Assembly (NCBI GenBank): GCA_951406725.2
Contig: OX597822.1
Location: forward strand, 28,706,001 to 28,770,000
DNA from: Octopus vulgaris
Lineage: Eukaryota
Reading direction: 5' to 3'
DNA: 64,000 nucleotides
Part shown: positions 25,742 to 39,578 of the stretch, piece by piece
How the letters are laid out: each line of letters starts with the position of its first letter
How positions within the stretch are numbered: the stretch's first letter is position 1
Program-made: the position numbers and the translations under genes
Notes under the pieces: generated by a model
Databases searched by the model: none
What the model was told of the DNA's origin: nothing
What the model saw: only the letters and a program-made list of their open reading frames with translations

Positions 25742-27010
25742 CTCGGGTGAGTAAGGGGCGTAAACCAGATGACCTTCCTATTTCTATTATTCCTTTTCCT
25801 TATTGTTGGGCTGGTGATAGGTGTATATTTTATTTTTTCGCTAAAACCACTATCTTTTAAAGCTTTATTATAAACTGGGGCAACGCTATTGAAGATGTCC
25901 TCATTAGATGAGAGGCTAGAAATCCTCTTACTAATATTTTTAACTAAATTTTTGAATACTATAGGGGGATGGCATGAACCTACATTAATATAACTTAGTC
26001 TATCATTGGGCTTCCTATAAGGCTTATAAATATTATTATTAAGATCTAAGGAAACGTCTAAGAAATTGACAACCGTCAGGTTAGTGTCTATAGTTATACT
26101 AAGTCCGAAGTGTTTCATTAACTGGATAATATCCTTCCTAAAACGATCTTGTGCTGGTCCATTTGTATTAGCTGTTAAGGCGAGGGCATCATCTTTGTAG
26201 ATGGCGAAATGTACGTTAGGGAATGTCTTACCGAAGGTATCTAGGAGAAAGAGTCCAATTAGATCACAGATGCCTGCCCCATCATATGAACCCATGCTCA
26301 CATCGAAAGCGCCCTCCGTGTCGGTGTTTTTTACCCACTTTGCATTCTCACTGAAAAGTAATGTCTTTCTAGCATGGAAGATTATATCCTTATCATTGGT
26401 ACTAATTTCTATGAAGTCACTAGCGAAGATTAGGGCTTTATCTAGCAGTTTTTTAGAGATAGAGGCATAAAAATCAACAATATCGAATTGTGTAAACCTC
26501 GCTTTTTTCTTATTCTTAATAGCTTTAAACCAGTCTACGACTTCTATACTATTGGACCATTGCACTAGCCTAGTATCGGTCTTAATTTTCGTATTTATTT
26601 TATCTAAAATTTCCTTGCTAATAATCCCTAGTTCTGACTTGGCTGGGTTGATAAGCCTACATTTAGGGTTGGAAAGGAAGTTTTCTTTGTGGTCTTTAAT
26701 AGTAATAAAGGCCTCTTTTTGGGGAGGGTTTCTATTTTTTTATCTAATTTAAGTTTAGCGGCGATGACGCTAGCTTCTTTATTAATTTCGTTATATGTCT
26801 GTGCCCTAGCCTTAGTATAATTATTAATGATGCTGTTGTGTAAGAGTTGTGTGTATTTGCTGTTATCTACCAGGTATAAGTTCTTGGTTTTATCCGAAAA
26901 AAGTGCTTTTTTCTTGGAGCTTTTTATATGATCAATATCTTTTTTCAATTTATGTTGGAAATTGTTAAAAGACTTACGAAACTTTATTTTGCTCATGATC
27001 TTCAGCAGGT
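25726..27010 (-). pseudogene. Penelope-like reverse transcriptase (frameshifted, 5'-truncated)
   Basis: ORFs 26628..27137 (SDKTKNLY) and 25726..26565 are joined by a frameshift near 26720-26740. Confidence 0.85.
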
Positions 27011-27583
27011 CTCTATAACCACTAAAGACACTGTTTCGACGAAGAAATACGTGGGCCTGACAGAGGGTAATTTCAAGGCCAGGTTCAATAACCACACTTT
27101 GAGCTTTAGGCACTGGAACAAAAGAAAAGCGACACAATTATCCAATCATATTTGGTCTTTAAGAGATAAAGGTGTCGATTATAACATACAATGGAAGATT
27201 TTGGCCAGATGTAAGCCCTATACTAACGGCAGCGGAAGGTGCGGTTTATGCGACATGGAGAGATGGCTTATCTGGAAAAGCAGCTTAGACCCTACCACAT
27301 GTCTAAATACAAGGACAGAGCTTTTCGGATCATGCCCACATGTGACTAAATTTCTGTTACGTTTTTGGTCCCCTAAAGAAAACGGATAGAACATGCTTTC
27401 TGTGTTATGTCCCAAGAAGATTTTATATATTTTTATATATTTTTATATATTTTTATGTATTTTTATATAATTTTTATGACGAAAAATGCGAGCGATGTAT
27501 AAGTACGCAGGCAAAGCAGAGTTATAACAGAGTAATTTCCCTTCATTTTTAACGGTATTTTTTCATAACGTTTTCAAATAGCC

Positions 27584-27646
27584 ATATAACCGAAGAGATG
27601 GTGTTATGGATTTCCACTTCGGCATCTGAAACTCAGAGTTTTATCT
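27584..27646 (+). ncRNA. Hammerhead-like motif in the Penelope pLTR (mirror copy on - at 24863-24925)
   Basis: (ag)ataa-CCGAAGA-gatg...catct-GAAA-ctcagag-TT-ttat(ct); U4C core variant. Confidence 0.6.
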
Positions 27647-27675
27647 TGACTACCGAGTAGTGTAACATATTGTAT

Positions 27676-27743
<68 letters not shown>

Positions 27744-27841
27744 ATATATATGTATGTATAACTTGCATTTAACATATGATCTTCCAATCTAGATCCATAC
27801 ATGTATATTTATACACACACACACACACACATATATGTATG

Positions 27842-27873
<32 letters not shown>

Positions 27874-28012
27874 TGTGTACCTGCATATATGAGATCCTAT
27901 ACATATATATATGTATGTATTCGTCCATACGTATGCGTATGTGCGTGTATCTAGTTGTATGTTTATACCCATATACTAAGATGTGCGTGTATGAGAGCGT
28001 ATGTATATGTGC

Positions 28013-28059
<47 letters not shown>

Positions 28060-28291
28060 TAGAAATGAGGTACTCAGAAAATCGGATGGTTTGTATTAAC
28101 AGATATTTGTTTCTATATTACATTTTTTATATATCATATAACTTAGATCATGTATTAGCGCTTTCTCCCATTCTAGTTGGGTTTTCAAATCAAACTAAGT
28201 TCCTGTGCGAGGAGTTCTGACCATTTTATAGTGGTATTGAGTTTGTAGTGGTGGGGAGGAATATAAGACAGTACAAGAGGGTGATGGATGA

Positions 28292-28366
<75 letters not shown>

Positions 28367-28639
28367 TGTATGTATGTATGTATGTATGCGTGTATGTATG
28401 TATGTATGTGTCTGTGTAAAGGGGTTAATTTCATTCTTAAGAACATGATAGCAGTATATTCACTCTGTACAGTGAAGACTCATTACGTCATTTTCTCTAA
28501 ACTAGAATGTTCCATGTTCATATTTGAAGTTTTTTGGCGTTTTAATTTTTCCTTGTTTTTTACTCATTCGCGAAGTTGATGGACATATAGCGGTACGTAA
28601 AATCGAATCAGAAACTCTCTACTGAGACTTTGTGCCGAT

Positions 28640-28681
28640 GTACCTGAAGAGACCCATAACGGGTCGAAACATGTATCGTAC
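28640..28681 (+). ncRNA. Minimal hammerhead motif (paralog of 46059, stem III altered)
   Basis: gtac-CTGAAGA-gaccc ataac gggtc-GAAA-catgta-TC-gtac. Confidence 0.65.
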
Positions 28682-29810
28682 CCAATAAAATATTTTACTC
28701 AATCCATCTATTTTATTAATACTGTTACCCTAACCGCCACTACGGTGTAAATAGGTATATATGTGTAAGTTTATATGTATGTATCCGTCTGTATAATAGG
28801 TAACTGCACGTATATATATTTCATATTTATTATTTATTTTTTGAGTATGCATGTATGTATATGAATAACTGCACGTATATATATTTATTATTTATTTTTT
28901 GAGTATGCATGTAAGTAGATGAACATAAGGAGGCGCGTGTGTGTGTGTGTATGTGTATGCATATGTATAGATATATGTATACTTTTACGCATGTGTGTAC
29001 TTATGTGTATATATGGATGCGCGTGTGTGTGTGTGTGTATGTGTACGCATATATATGTGTATATGTGTATATATATATATATATGTATATATGTACATAT
29101 ATGTATATGTATGTATATGTGTATATATATGTATATGTATATGTGTGGGTGTGTGTATGTGTATATATGTATGTATGTATAGGTGTATGTATATGTATGT
29201 ATATATACGAATATATATGAGTATGTGTATGTATGTGTATGTAGGTGTATATGTATATGTGTATATATATTTTTTGGTGTATATGTATGGACTAGTCTTC
29301 TGTGGGTGTATTGAGGTATGTATGTGTAAGCGTGTAGACATGAATCTGTAGGTACGCGTACGTATGTGTATATACGTGAATGTATGTAGATGTATGTATG
29401 TATGAATATAACACATGCGTGTGTGTATGTGTATGAGTGTACGAATGAGTGTGTGCGTGCGAATGAGTGTGTGAGCATGAGTGAGTGTTTGTGTTCGAGT
29501 AGAAAGATAAATGGACTTTGACCATTCCCTGGGGATGACAGCCAAGATGCTTGTGACCGCGGTCAAAGATAACAAAAGTAATAATAACAATAAAAATAAT
29601 AATAAAATTAAAATAAGGGAATGGGTTTGTATGTGTATGTATATGTGTGTATGTGTAGGTATGTATAGGTACACATATGTATATATATGTGTGTGTATAT
29701 GGACATGTGTGTGCATGTGTGTATGTATATATGTGTGTGTATGTGTGTATGTGTATGTGTGTGTATGTATATATATGTATGTATATGTATGTGTGGGCGT
29801 GTGTGTATAT

Positions 29811-29868
<58 letters not shown>

Positions 29869-30161
29869 ATGTATATGTGTGTATGTATATGTGTGTGTGT
29901 GTGTATATATATACATATGTGTATATGTATAAGTGAGAGTCTCCTTATTTACCTAAAACTCTATTCTTCTTTTTATTCTTTTATTCTTTTATTATTTATT
30001 ATTTTATTCTTTTATTTATTCTTTTATCTACTTTACCACTGACTCCTTGACCACTCCCCTAAGTATGATATTTTTGCGCTATGCCTCCCCCAAAACGTCC
30101 CCCACCACCACCCCTTTAAACCTGCCTAACTGTATAAATGCCAAAACAATTCTTGTTAACT

Positions 30162-30212
30162 AGCTTCCTGATGATTTCTCTTGAATGAAACAGTTCTAGT
30201 CCTGTAGAAGCT
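30162..30212 (+). ncRNA. Type I hammerhead ribozyme motif (same family as 1727)
   Basis: agcttc-CTGATGA-tttctcttgaat-GAAA-cag ttctagtc ctg-TA-gaagct. Confidence 0.8.
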
Positions 30213-30429
30213 CCTTCTATATAATAAATAAAATATATATATATATATATATATATTGAAAAATATATATATATGCGTCCAATAACACCATATTTGTTCC
30301 ACGTCCTCGAGTTCTGCTTTCTCTTTGTTCATGTTTGAAGTAACTACATATATATGTGCGTGCGCGCGCCCGTGTGTGTGTGTGTGTCTGTGTGTGTGTG
30401 TATCTGTGTGTGTGTGTGTGTGCGTGAGT

Positions 30430-31920
30430 TTACATCAATGAGATGTCCAATAGATGAGACTGCGACCTCATGCATTTTAGCTAATGAGAAGAACACTTTT
30501 GGGTTGGCTTTTATTTAATCAATGGTCCATTTCTCTTCTCCTTTTCTTTGATCGTCAATAACATTTCTCAAACAGTTTTGGAGATGGTGTTTCCTTGATT
30601 CTAGTGAGCCTATATCGGCCATGTGGAAGTGTTCCAACTAGCAATATCTTAGCTGGTTTATTTCTCGATTCGTTCTCTTTATCTTTCGTATGAGTAATTT
30701 TCTGGGACGTGTTAGTCCGTATTTTGTCTTGTTCATGAACCATAGGGGGGTGTAATCATATGTTTGTGACAATGTCCATAAATAGCAGCCATGATGAATC
30801 AATGCTTCTTGTAGCAAAGGTGTCTGCGAAAGGCCAATCAATGAGTGAGAGTTCGTGATTGATTTCAGACCAGTTACCATTGTGAAGATCCATGAGATTG
30901 AAGAGGTGTGAGTGATTGAGATCACTCGGATACGCAATTGTTGCCAGAATCTTAGGTGACAGAGAACCATAGAGTGGTCGAAAAAAAGAGTTTTCCACTG
31001 TAATATCGTGGATATTGTTTTTGTTGTTGCTTTGCACTAAATCCAGAATGTTCTTGTTGAATCGCGTTGGTACGAGCACGACTTGGGATAGGAAAAATTC
31101 ATCCATGAATTGAAATAAGGATTCCACTGTGGCTTTGTCTGAAGTGAAACTGTACGCACCAGTTTTCAGGGTATGAGTAGACCAGTTAATACAGGGGAAA
31201 TTGAAGTTGCCAATCATTAAAATATTATCAGGATGACATTGTTGAATGAAGGACTTGATGTTCGTGAGGCAGTCCTTAAGCACAATAGCAGTGTATGAGC
31301 TGGCCTGTAGAGCCCAATTATTTCTAAATCATTGTGATACTGATTCACAATATCCCTTGGATAATATGACATTTCTTTCTGCAGTAAATGAGTCTTGTAG
31401 GAAAATGACAACTCCTACCATTTTTCTGCCTATGCGGTCTGCTCGTATTGTGATGAAATTCCTTACTTTTACATCAGCTTCCAAGTTGGAGTTGTTAAAG
31501 TAGGTTTCAGTAAGGAAGAAGAAGGGAATGTGGTGAGTGTGGTCGGTAACCCAATCCTCAATGGATTGCATGGAAGGGTGTGCATATGCCTTGAACATTG
31601 GGTAAGAATGTTGAGACTGGAGTAGTGGCCTGGTCACACTTTTTTAGAGGTCTTGGTGCAAATCTATGGGTCAATGACCGTGACGAGGATAGGTTTTGCA
31701 CTGAGGTAGCGGCAGAGGTTGATTCCGTGTGATAGCCATGATATTCTTCTGGATCTCTTTGGGTCTTTTCTGGATCTCTTTGGATAACCTGGTTAAGGAG
31801 AACTCCGTAACTGGAGTTGTGTCTACATTCACAGTTATGTTAATTGCTTCGGTCCAGATGGAGGATATCTAAACGGAACTCTTTACCCCTTAAATTTCTT
31901 TTTTTACGGAATCCCACGTT
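30430..31920 (-). mobile_element. Degenerate LINE AP-endonuclease region (CR1/L2-like)
   Basis: FFFLTETY, RADRIGRKMVGV, GLYRP, ILMIGNFNFPCINW, PTRFNKNILDLV. Confidence 0.8.
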
Positions 31921-32175
31921 TTAGGCTATGGAGATTTCGATTCTGAAGAAATCTTTTCAAAAATCCGCAACTACAAAATTTCAATTTCCACCCCTTCTCC
32001 ATTTCTTCATTTTGCACTTTTTCCGGATATATTTTTTTGGCGAAATACGAACAAAAATACGGAGATTATGAATCTGAAAAATAAAACTGTTCGTAAATTT
32101 TCAATTAAAAAAAAAAACAATTATCCTCCCCCTCAAGCAGGCTATTTACATGCTAGAAATAACAGCCGAATCCCA

Positions 32176-32830
32176 GCATTTATAGAGAGAAGGTCTTGCA
32201 GCTGTTTCTAGGATATTAATTAATAATATCACCTCATCGGAGACGGTGTGAGAGGAAAGTTAAGTCATAGTTAGTTTAAAGAGTGAGGTGGAGGAAAGAA
32301 AATAGATGTAAGATATGTATGGGTATTGATGTTGTAAATCCGTTTTATAGGCATAATGGTATATATGCAATATTCTAATATCCTTTGAGTAAAATCCAAA
32401 AGTCCAACAGGGTTTAATATGAGTCCTTCCAAATATAGAGTTTATAAGCAATGTAAGATTCCATTATGATTGAGATCCATCAGAATTTTAAACTTGGTCA
32501 TTTCCAGTAGGAAATTTACATACAGTGTTGCAAAGTCAAAGATTTGTGACTTAACTTTGCTCTCACACCGTCTTCGATGAAGGGATATTATTAATTAATA
32601 TCCCAGAAACAGCTGTAAGACCTTCTATCTATAAATGCTCTAATATCTATAAAGCCTTGGATTTTTATCACATTACGAAAAAAATTCTTATATGCACACA
32701 CTGACATAGAGCCAACGTTGAACCCTTTATTCGCAATATCACGAAATCTGGAACTTAACTATGGTCTGTCTGTCTATAGCACTTATTCAGCATTACCTGA
32801 TATCTTTGGGTCACAATGATACCATTATCT
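32176..32830. mobile_element. Same inverted hammerhead-bearing family (- 32193-32244, + 32570-32621); duplicate at 47763-48420
   Basis: Arms 32176-32267 and 32547-32640; extension 32690-32830 is homologous to 5976-6120 (inverted). Confidence 0.75.
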
Positions 32831-32841
32831 CTTGTGTGTGA

Positions 32842-32884
<43 letters not shown>

Positions 32885-33116
32885 TGTGTGTGTTTGTGTA
32901 TCTGTGTTTGTGTCCCCATCATTGCTAGACAACAGACATTGGTGAGTTTATGCCCCCGTAACTTAACGGATCGGCAAAAGAGACCAATAGAATAAGTGCT
33001 AGGCTTACAAAGACTAAGTCTTGGGGTCGATTTATTCGACTAAATGCGTTTTCCACCATGACCGCAGTGAAATGAGTGAAATAAATCAAAGAAAAAAGAA
33101 TAAAAACAAACAAACA

Positions 33117-33200
<84 letters not shown>

Positions 33201-33328
33201 TTCATCAACATTTAGATTCAGATGAATATGGTACTTAAGTCAAAGGCACCAGAATTTTGTATGGTATTATCCTTAAAAATCAAATGGGGTGATTATAATC
33301 AAAATAAGCAACAAGTATATCCGAGGTA

Positions 33329-33418
33329 GAGTAGTACAATTGTTTCCTGCTACTTCATTTTATTAGACACTCTAAGTATTACATCAGTTTTAAAATTTCG
33401 AGCAATCTTCTGCCACTC
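33329..33418 (-). ncRNA. Hammerhead-like motif with long stem II (degenerate paralog at 48735-48820)
   Basis: gagtgg-CAGAAGA (CTGAAGA in the unit C copy)-ttgct...agcag-GAAA-caattg-TA-ctactc. Confidence 0.55.
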
Positions 33419-33559
33419 ATAGAATTTTCCAGTAAAACGGACCATGCACATTCTTAGCCCTATTTCATTTGCCAACAATATAAAGAGGGTAGATATATAG
33501 ACAGAGAGGTTGATTTCATTCTTGAGAACGTGATAGCAGTATATTCACTCTCTGACTGT

Positions 33560-35100
33560 AGATTTTATCATTGAGTTCACTTTGTTATTTAGATCTGTCA
33601 GTGGGGAGGGGGATTTTATTTTTGGATTGATGGAGACAAAGATACATTTGAATGTATTATAGCAAGAAGCTGGTTGGGTGAAGTTAGAGGGGTTGGGAAA
33701 CATAGACTACTAGTGATCTAGAGGTTTTAATGTCCCTTACCATTTAACATCCAGATTCCATATTAAGAAATTTAACTAAATATTCTTTAGATAATTTTCT
33801 AAAAAATTTCTATAAATTTAGTATCTTATATAGGGATAGAAAATATAGAAATCATTTCATATTTATATAAATATATCTATATATAGCCATTTCTATTAAT
33901 ATATAATCATAATTAGCTAGTAAATGGTGATTTTTTATTGAGTTGAATTAAAAGAAAATGTTATACATAATATTTACTAACTGTGGAAAGAAACACTTTA
34001 TTAATTTAGCACATATATCAGGAGTCAATAAAGTATATTCAAAACGTAATGAAAGAGAGGTAATCGTGATGAACGAAGTAATTTCTCTAGATATATAGAA
34101 TTTTTTACAGTGATTTCATATTTATATATATCCATTTCTATTGATATATAATCATAACTAGCTACTAAATGGTGATTTGTTTTATTAATGAGTCGAATTG
34201 AAAGAATATGTTATACATAATATTCACTAACTGTGGAGAAAAACTTTATCAATTTGATAAATATATCAGGAGTCAATAAGATATATTAGAAAGGAATGGA
34301 AGGGGGATAATCAAGATGAACCATGTAATTTCCCTAGATGTATAGAGTATGTTTCCATCCGATATAGGAGAGATTCAAAAAAATTATGATTTCATTATAT
34401 TCAGATTTATATATATAATCAAATTTCTTAGTAATCTATGCAGGTTAAATAAAAGCTAGTATGGTATATTAATTTTTTATCATCTAACATTATCATCTAA
34501 CAATGAAATTTTTTAATTCTCACTCAAATCATTATAATGTTGCTTTATCTGGAGCTGGATACGACCAGGAAATCACCTTCCTAGATCTTGATAACATAGA
34601 TCTTTCAAATGAATAAATGAATGAAAATAGCGCAAATAATATTGAATCATGTATTTTAAAAAAATATAAATCAATTGAAACGAGTAACCTAGTATATAAA
34701 CATGATACAATAATTAGAAATGGTAAACAGATCATAAATAAGTATAAAAAGTTTAAGCTAGATAAAATAAATATAAATAATAATTTTAAAAATCTCTCCC
34801 ACTGAGAAAAAACCAAATAAACATAAATATATGACGAAAGAGAATAACGAATATCTAAAGGACATAGATAACATAAATCTTCCCAACCTTACTCAAATAA
34901 AATATTCAAAAGAAAAATGTTATATGGTTAAATATCCCCTTCAACTATACGATTTCTACGAACATATACGGCAAATTTAAGTCTATACTAGAAAAAAAAC
35001 TTCCCTGCTTTCCATAAATATTATAAAATAATTTCTAATAAATCGGTAAGAATATCATACTCCACTCTTCCAAATATGGGTACCATAAGAGCTAGACTAA
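33560..35100 (-). mobile_element. Highly degenerate AT-rich repeat, possibly a decayed Penelope RT; has an internal ~255-bp tandem duplication; copy at 48930-50540
   Basis: Dispersed copies; duplication 33850-34110 / 34110-34350; weak NHHL-x-A-S-YD similarity to a PLE RT motif. Confidence 0.4.
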
Positions 35101-35115
35101 ATGGAAAAAATATCA

Positions 35116-35267
<152 letters not shown>

Positions 35268-38200
35268 TTAATATTAGCAATAATAATGATAATATCAATG
35301 ATAAAAATAAAAATGTGCAACGTGAGGAAATTGGGAAAAGATTAATAACAAACAACCCTAACTTACATAACAATATAATTATAGATAAGGGAAATAACAC
35401 TAATGCTAATAACAGCTCTAGTAATGAAAATGAAAATAGCTTGTTCCTAAATAATACTAATACCAGGAATCATAAAAGCCAATATGGTATATAAAAGCTT
35501 GTTATGGTATATAACAGCTTGTTCCTAAAGAATACTGATGCCAAGATTCATAAAAGCTACTATGGTATACAAATTTTTTATTTGGTTACAAATTATTAAG
35601 ATTTCAAAATTTAGGTATGGTCAGAATGTTATTATTCCTATGTTTAAATCAGCCGAAACGTTGTGGTAACAACAAACAAGATGACACATATCCGTCCAGT
35701 GTAAATAATGTAAACACAAGTTTTCTTCCTTTCTTAAACTGCCTGGAACCCTATTTTGTATATTTTTAAACCAAAAACGCACATCGGCTTCTCCCGATTG
35801 AACTTTCTTAAGAAGATTACCAAAGCTTCTAGACCAAACTATATATTCACAATTTTAGCAGGGTTGTTTCATTATTTTTGTTTACATATGAATAAATTAC
35901 TGGGAATTCAAACTTACATCATATTTCAAAATATAATCACAAATTCTCATAACAATCAATCTGTTTTAAAATGCTTTAAAATTGATTCTTCTTTTATTGT
36001 TTATTCTTCCACTACCGTTTTCAAATCTTAGATCACAGGCAGAAGTTATCGAAAATCGAACGGATTTTCACAAAAGTCCATCCATTGAAGATTTATTTGA
36101 TAAACCTTGTTACATATTGATATTAATCTATCCGTTAAGGCAATGGGATGGCAGAACCATTAGCACACAAGGCAAAATACTTCGCTGCATTTCATCCGTC
36201 TTTACATTCTCAGTTCAAATTCCATCACGACCCCTCCTCGGAAATTGTTACCTTTTTGCCAAAATTTGGAATCAATATTACTCTATTGGTTCTTTCACAT
36301 TTCCTTTCACTTAGCAGTCGATTGCTCCCAATATCGACCATTTTGCATTTGCATTTGACTCTCTTCCTCTATGTGTATATCAGTGACCGTATGTACGATC
36401 ATATATGCATGAAAAATACATATATGTGTGTGTATGTGTGTGTGCGTGTATTCGTAAAACTTCTTGCATACACGTACATACATATTCAATTATACACCTA
36501 AACATCTATACCTACCCACACACACACACAAGCACATACATACATACATATATACATACATACATACATACATACATACATACATACATACATACATACA
36601 TACATACAAAGATACAGGCAAGCATGAAGTCTATACACAGGGGAAACATGACTTACTCATTAATATCGCTAATAATGACTGTGTAGAGTGGATTTCGTCT
36701 CTCATCAGATATTAGTTCGTTTCACGTCTTTTTCTGACGTATGATGGAGAAAGTGTACTCAGTGAAAATCACAGATGAAAACCATGTTGAAAATGTTATT
36801 CTTTAATGTAGTTCAATAATATTATTGAATAATATTATTTTCGCTCATGTATGTAGACTTAACGTTCACACTTTACATGGATAAATAAATAAATAAATTT
36901 CTGATTGAACAAACAAGAGAAACATAATTCAGTATATGAATATATCATCTTTTTTATTTTTAATCGCAAGAATGTTACAATAGTTACTCAAAGGCCGAGA
37001 GCTTCGTAGGCGGCACATAAAACACTGACTTCAAATCAGAGGACTTGTTACATAAAAAGAGAATATTTGGTGAAGCCTAATATTGGTAGGTAACGTGGAT
37101 ATGATGTAATTGTTACAATAATACTTATTAGCATTAACCCTATGCTTGCTAAAAGCAGAATATCATCTGCTCCGTCTATGGTATTACGTATCACTCTATG
37201 GTTATATAAGGTTTCGATATAAATTAAATTCGCTGAGCTATTGGATTCCTTACTCGCTTCCATTAATTAATGAGTTTCGTCTCAGTTACTTCCCTTACAC
37301 TAGATTCCGTAAATTCATTATTGTTTTTCACTATTACCTCTAACCAAACACAAACAGATCTTCATTATCTCCATAAAATCATTCATATTATGACGTTCCT
37401 TACCTGTTTAGTTATCATTTTACCAGTCATATTATTATTATTATTTATATTAGTTCTATTATATGTGGTTATTAGGTTCCAACTAGTGAATACACTAATT
37501 TTTTTTATTCGAAATGTGATCTCTGCTTGGAAGAATCATTCCATATCCTTACTTGTACTTTCAGATTATTTAATCCCAGAAACAAATTAGCAGTAAAATG
37601 CGCACATTTATTTAGAAAACTTTTCATTATTTCCAAATAAGATTCCTTATTTACAAATCACGTAGATGAAAGTACACATAAGTTAACCCAGTTAGCTTAT
37701 ATTTCAAATTTACTTACGTTTTATTAAATTTTCACTAATCCTAAATATTATTTATTTTTTGAAAGGGGAGAAATAATACAAAATATGGTTAGAATGAATA
37801 TTTACTTCACACAACGTATATTCATTAAGTTTACGTTAAAATCTCAGATAGTTTAGCAAAATCTATTGTAATTCATAGAGCAGTAAATGAAACGGTATTG
37901 ATTAATTGCTTTGATTTCATAATATTATTAGCGCAAAGGTTTTGTAATTTAGATAATTATAAAAAAAGGGACATTTTTTTCCTTCATGCAAATTCATATA
38001 TATTAGTTTCATAAATGGAATAAGTATGGCTTCAAATGAAGTTTGGTACAGCAACGGTAACTGGAAATATACAACACGAGCCGAGCTTTCAGAATTAATA
38101 TTGACTGGAATCGATTCAGAGAACGGATAAGGCAAGAAATGTTACGCTTTCCCAACAACATTAGCAATATCAGTTCACGTTTACACAGAAACCTGCAGTA

Positions 38201-39578
38201 ATGTTACTTAAAATCTACTGATAACGTTTACTGAGAAGCTCAAGCTATATCGGTAAATTTCGTGGAAGAAATTTTGTATTTATGAAGTGCTTTTTATTAT
38301 ATTCTCTTTATATAATTTAATATTACAGACATCGAGTACCTAAGTTAAAATGCTCATCATTAATGACAGGATATGATTCATTTAATCCCGTTGTTTTACT
38401 ATGTATAAGACAATAAGAATAACGGCTAAGGAGTCGACATCGTCTGATTTTTATATGGTATATATATTGTGGTTTGGATAGAATTTATTGTCATTGATTT
38501 AACACATTTATATGGAAGCAATACCACAATTAAAAATATCGTTTACAATAAACCGATTTTGCTCAAGGCGAAACAATTATTTTCTTATGCAAAAAGACCA
38601 AAAGACTTGTTGAAAATATTATAAAACTGATGCGATGTTGTCAGCATTCTTTTTAACAACATCAGATCTCTCCGTAGATAACGTTTTACGGACAGAAAGG
38701 GAAACGCACAGCAACATTTTGCTTGCTGGACAAATAAGAGCTGATTATTAGAGAATTAATTGGATAACTGAAAGCGACGAATAATAATATTTTTATAGAG
38801 TTGGCATAGAAATGCGATACGTGAGTGGTAGACTCTTATCACACACACTAGTATATCTACAAATCCCGTTACATGTGACGTAATAAATGTTTTTCAAAGC
38901 GTTTTCCAAAACGTACATCGGGATTATTCCATTTGTGTGAGGAAGAGATTATATAATATAGGAAGTGAACGAGACTATTTAAAACCATTTAAAATCGTTT
39001 GAGCGAACTAAAAGACAGGGAGAGAGACATGAGTGAGCTCAAACTTCATAAAACCCACATATTCGTAAAATGTTAGGTCAACAGAATATAAATGGGATAC
39101 AAAAAAGGATAGAAAAAAGATACAATAAAATTACTAACTATATGGGGTTTTCAGCAAAAAGTGAGTCCGTTCAACAGCTCATGTGGTCATGAAAATTTTG
39201 ATATATCGAAGAACAGGAGAAATGGCCAAAAATAAAAGGGCAAGTTCCTGAAAGAAATAGGCACATACCCTTCACACTTGCAAGGCGTTTATCTTATACG
39301 AATTCAAATAGAATCTAGAAAACATAACTTTCGTTTTCATTTTTTCATTTCTTTTTTTCCGAATCGGCATTTTAGGAATTTCAGTTCAGAATGTTGTTAA
39401 TTGTTGAACTTGGTAACCTCAGCTGATTAATAGTCTCGAAGATCTATAGTCAAAGGTATTCTAGTAACAGCCATCATGTCATTTATTCAGATTTAATATA
39501 TAATTTATTATCCATTATTTCCATCTTCATTCCACTGACGATATTGAGTAACCCACATTGGTTAGCTTGACTGCACAA

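Larger units (their letters stand above)
24765..27680 (-). mobile_element. Penelope-like retroelement (RT + GIY-YIG), 5'-truncated with an inverted pseudo-LTR
   Basis: RT motifs FTQFDIVDFYASI, MGSYDG and YKDD (25726..26565); endonuclease IIYEATV...KKYVGLTEGNFKARFNNH...CGLC (25109..25741). 24830-25487 is repeated inverted at 27011-27680. Both ends lie in (TA)n. Confidence 0.92.

Noticed and set aside
26928-27389. Plus-strand 153-aa GIY-YIG ORF as an independent gene
   Set aside because: It is the inverted pLTR duplicate of 25109-25487, fused to antisense RT sequence.
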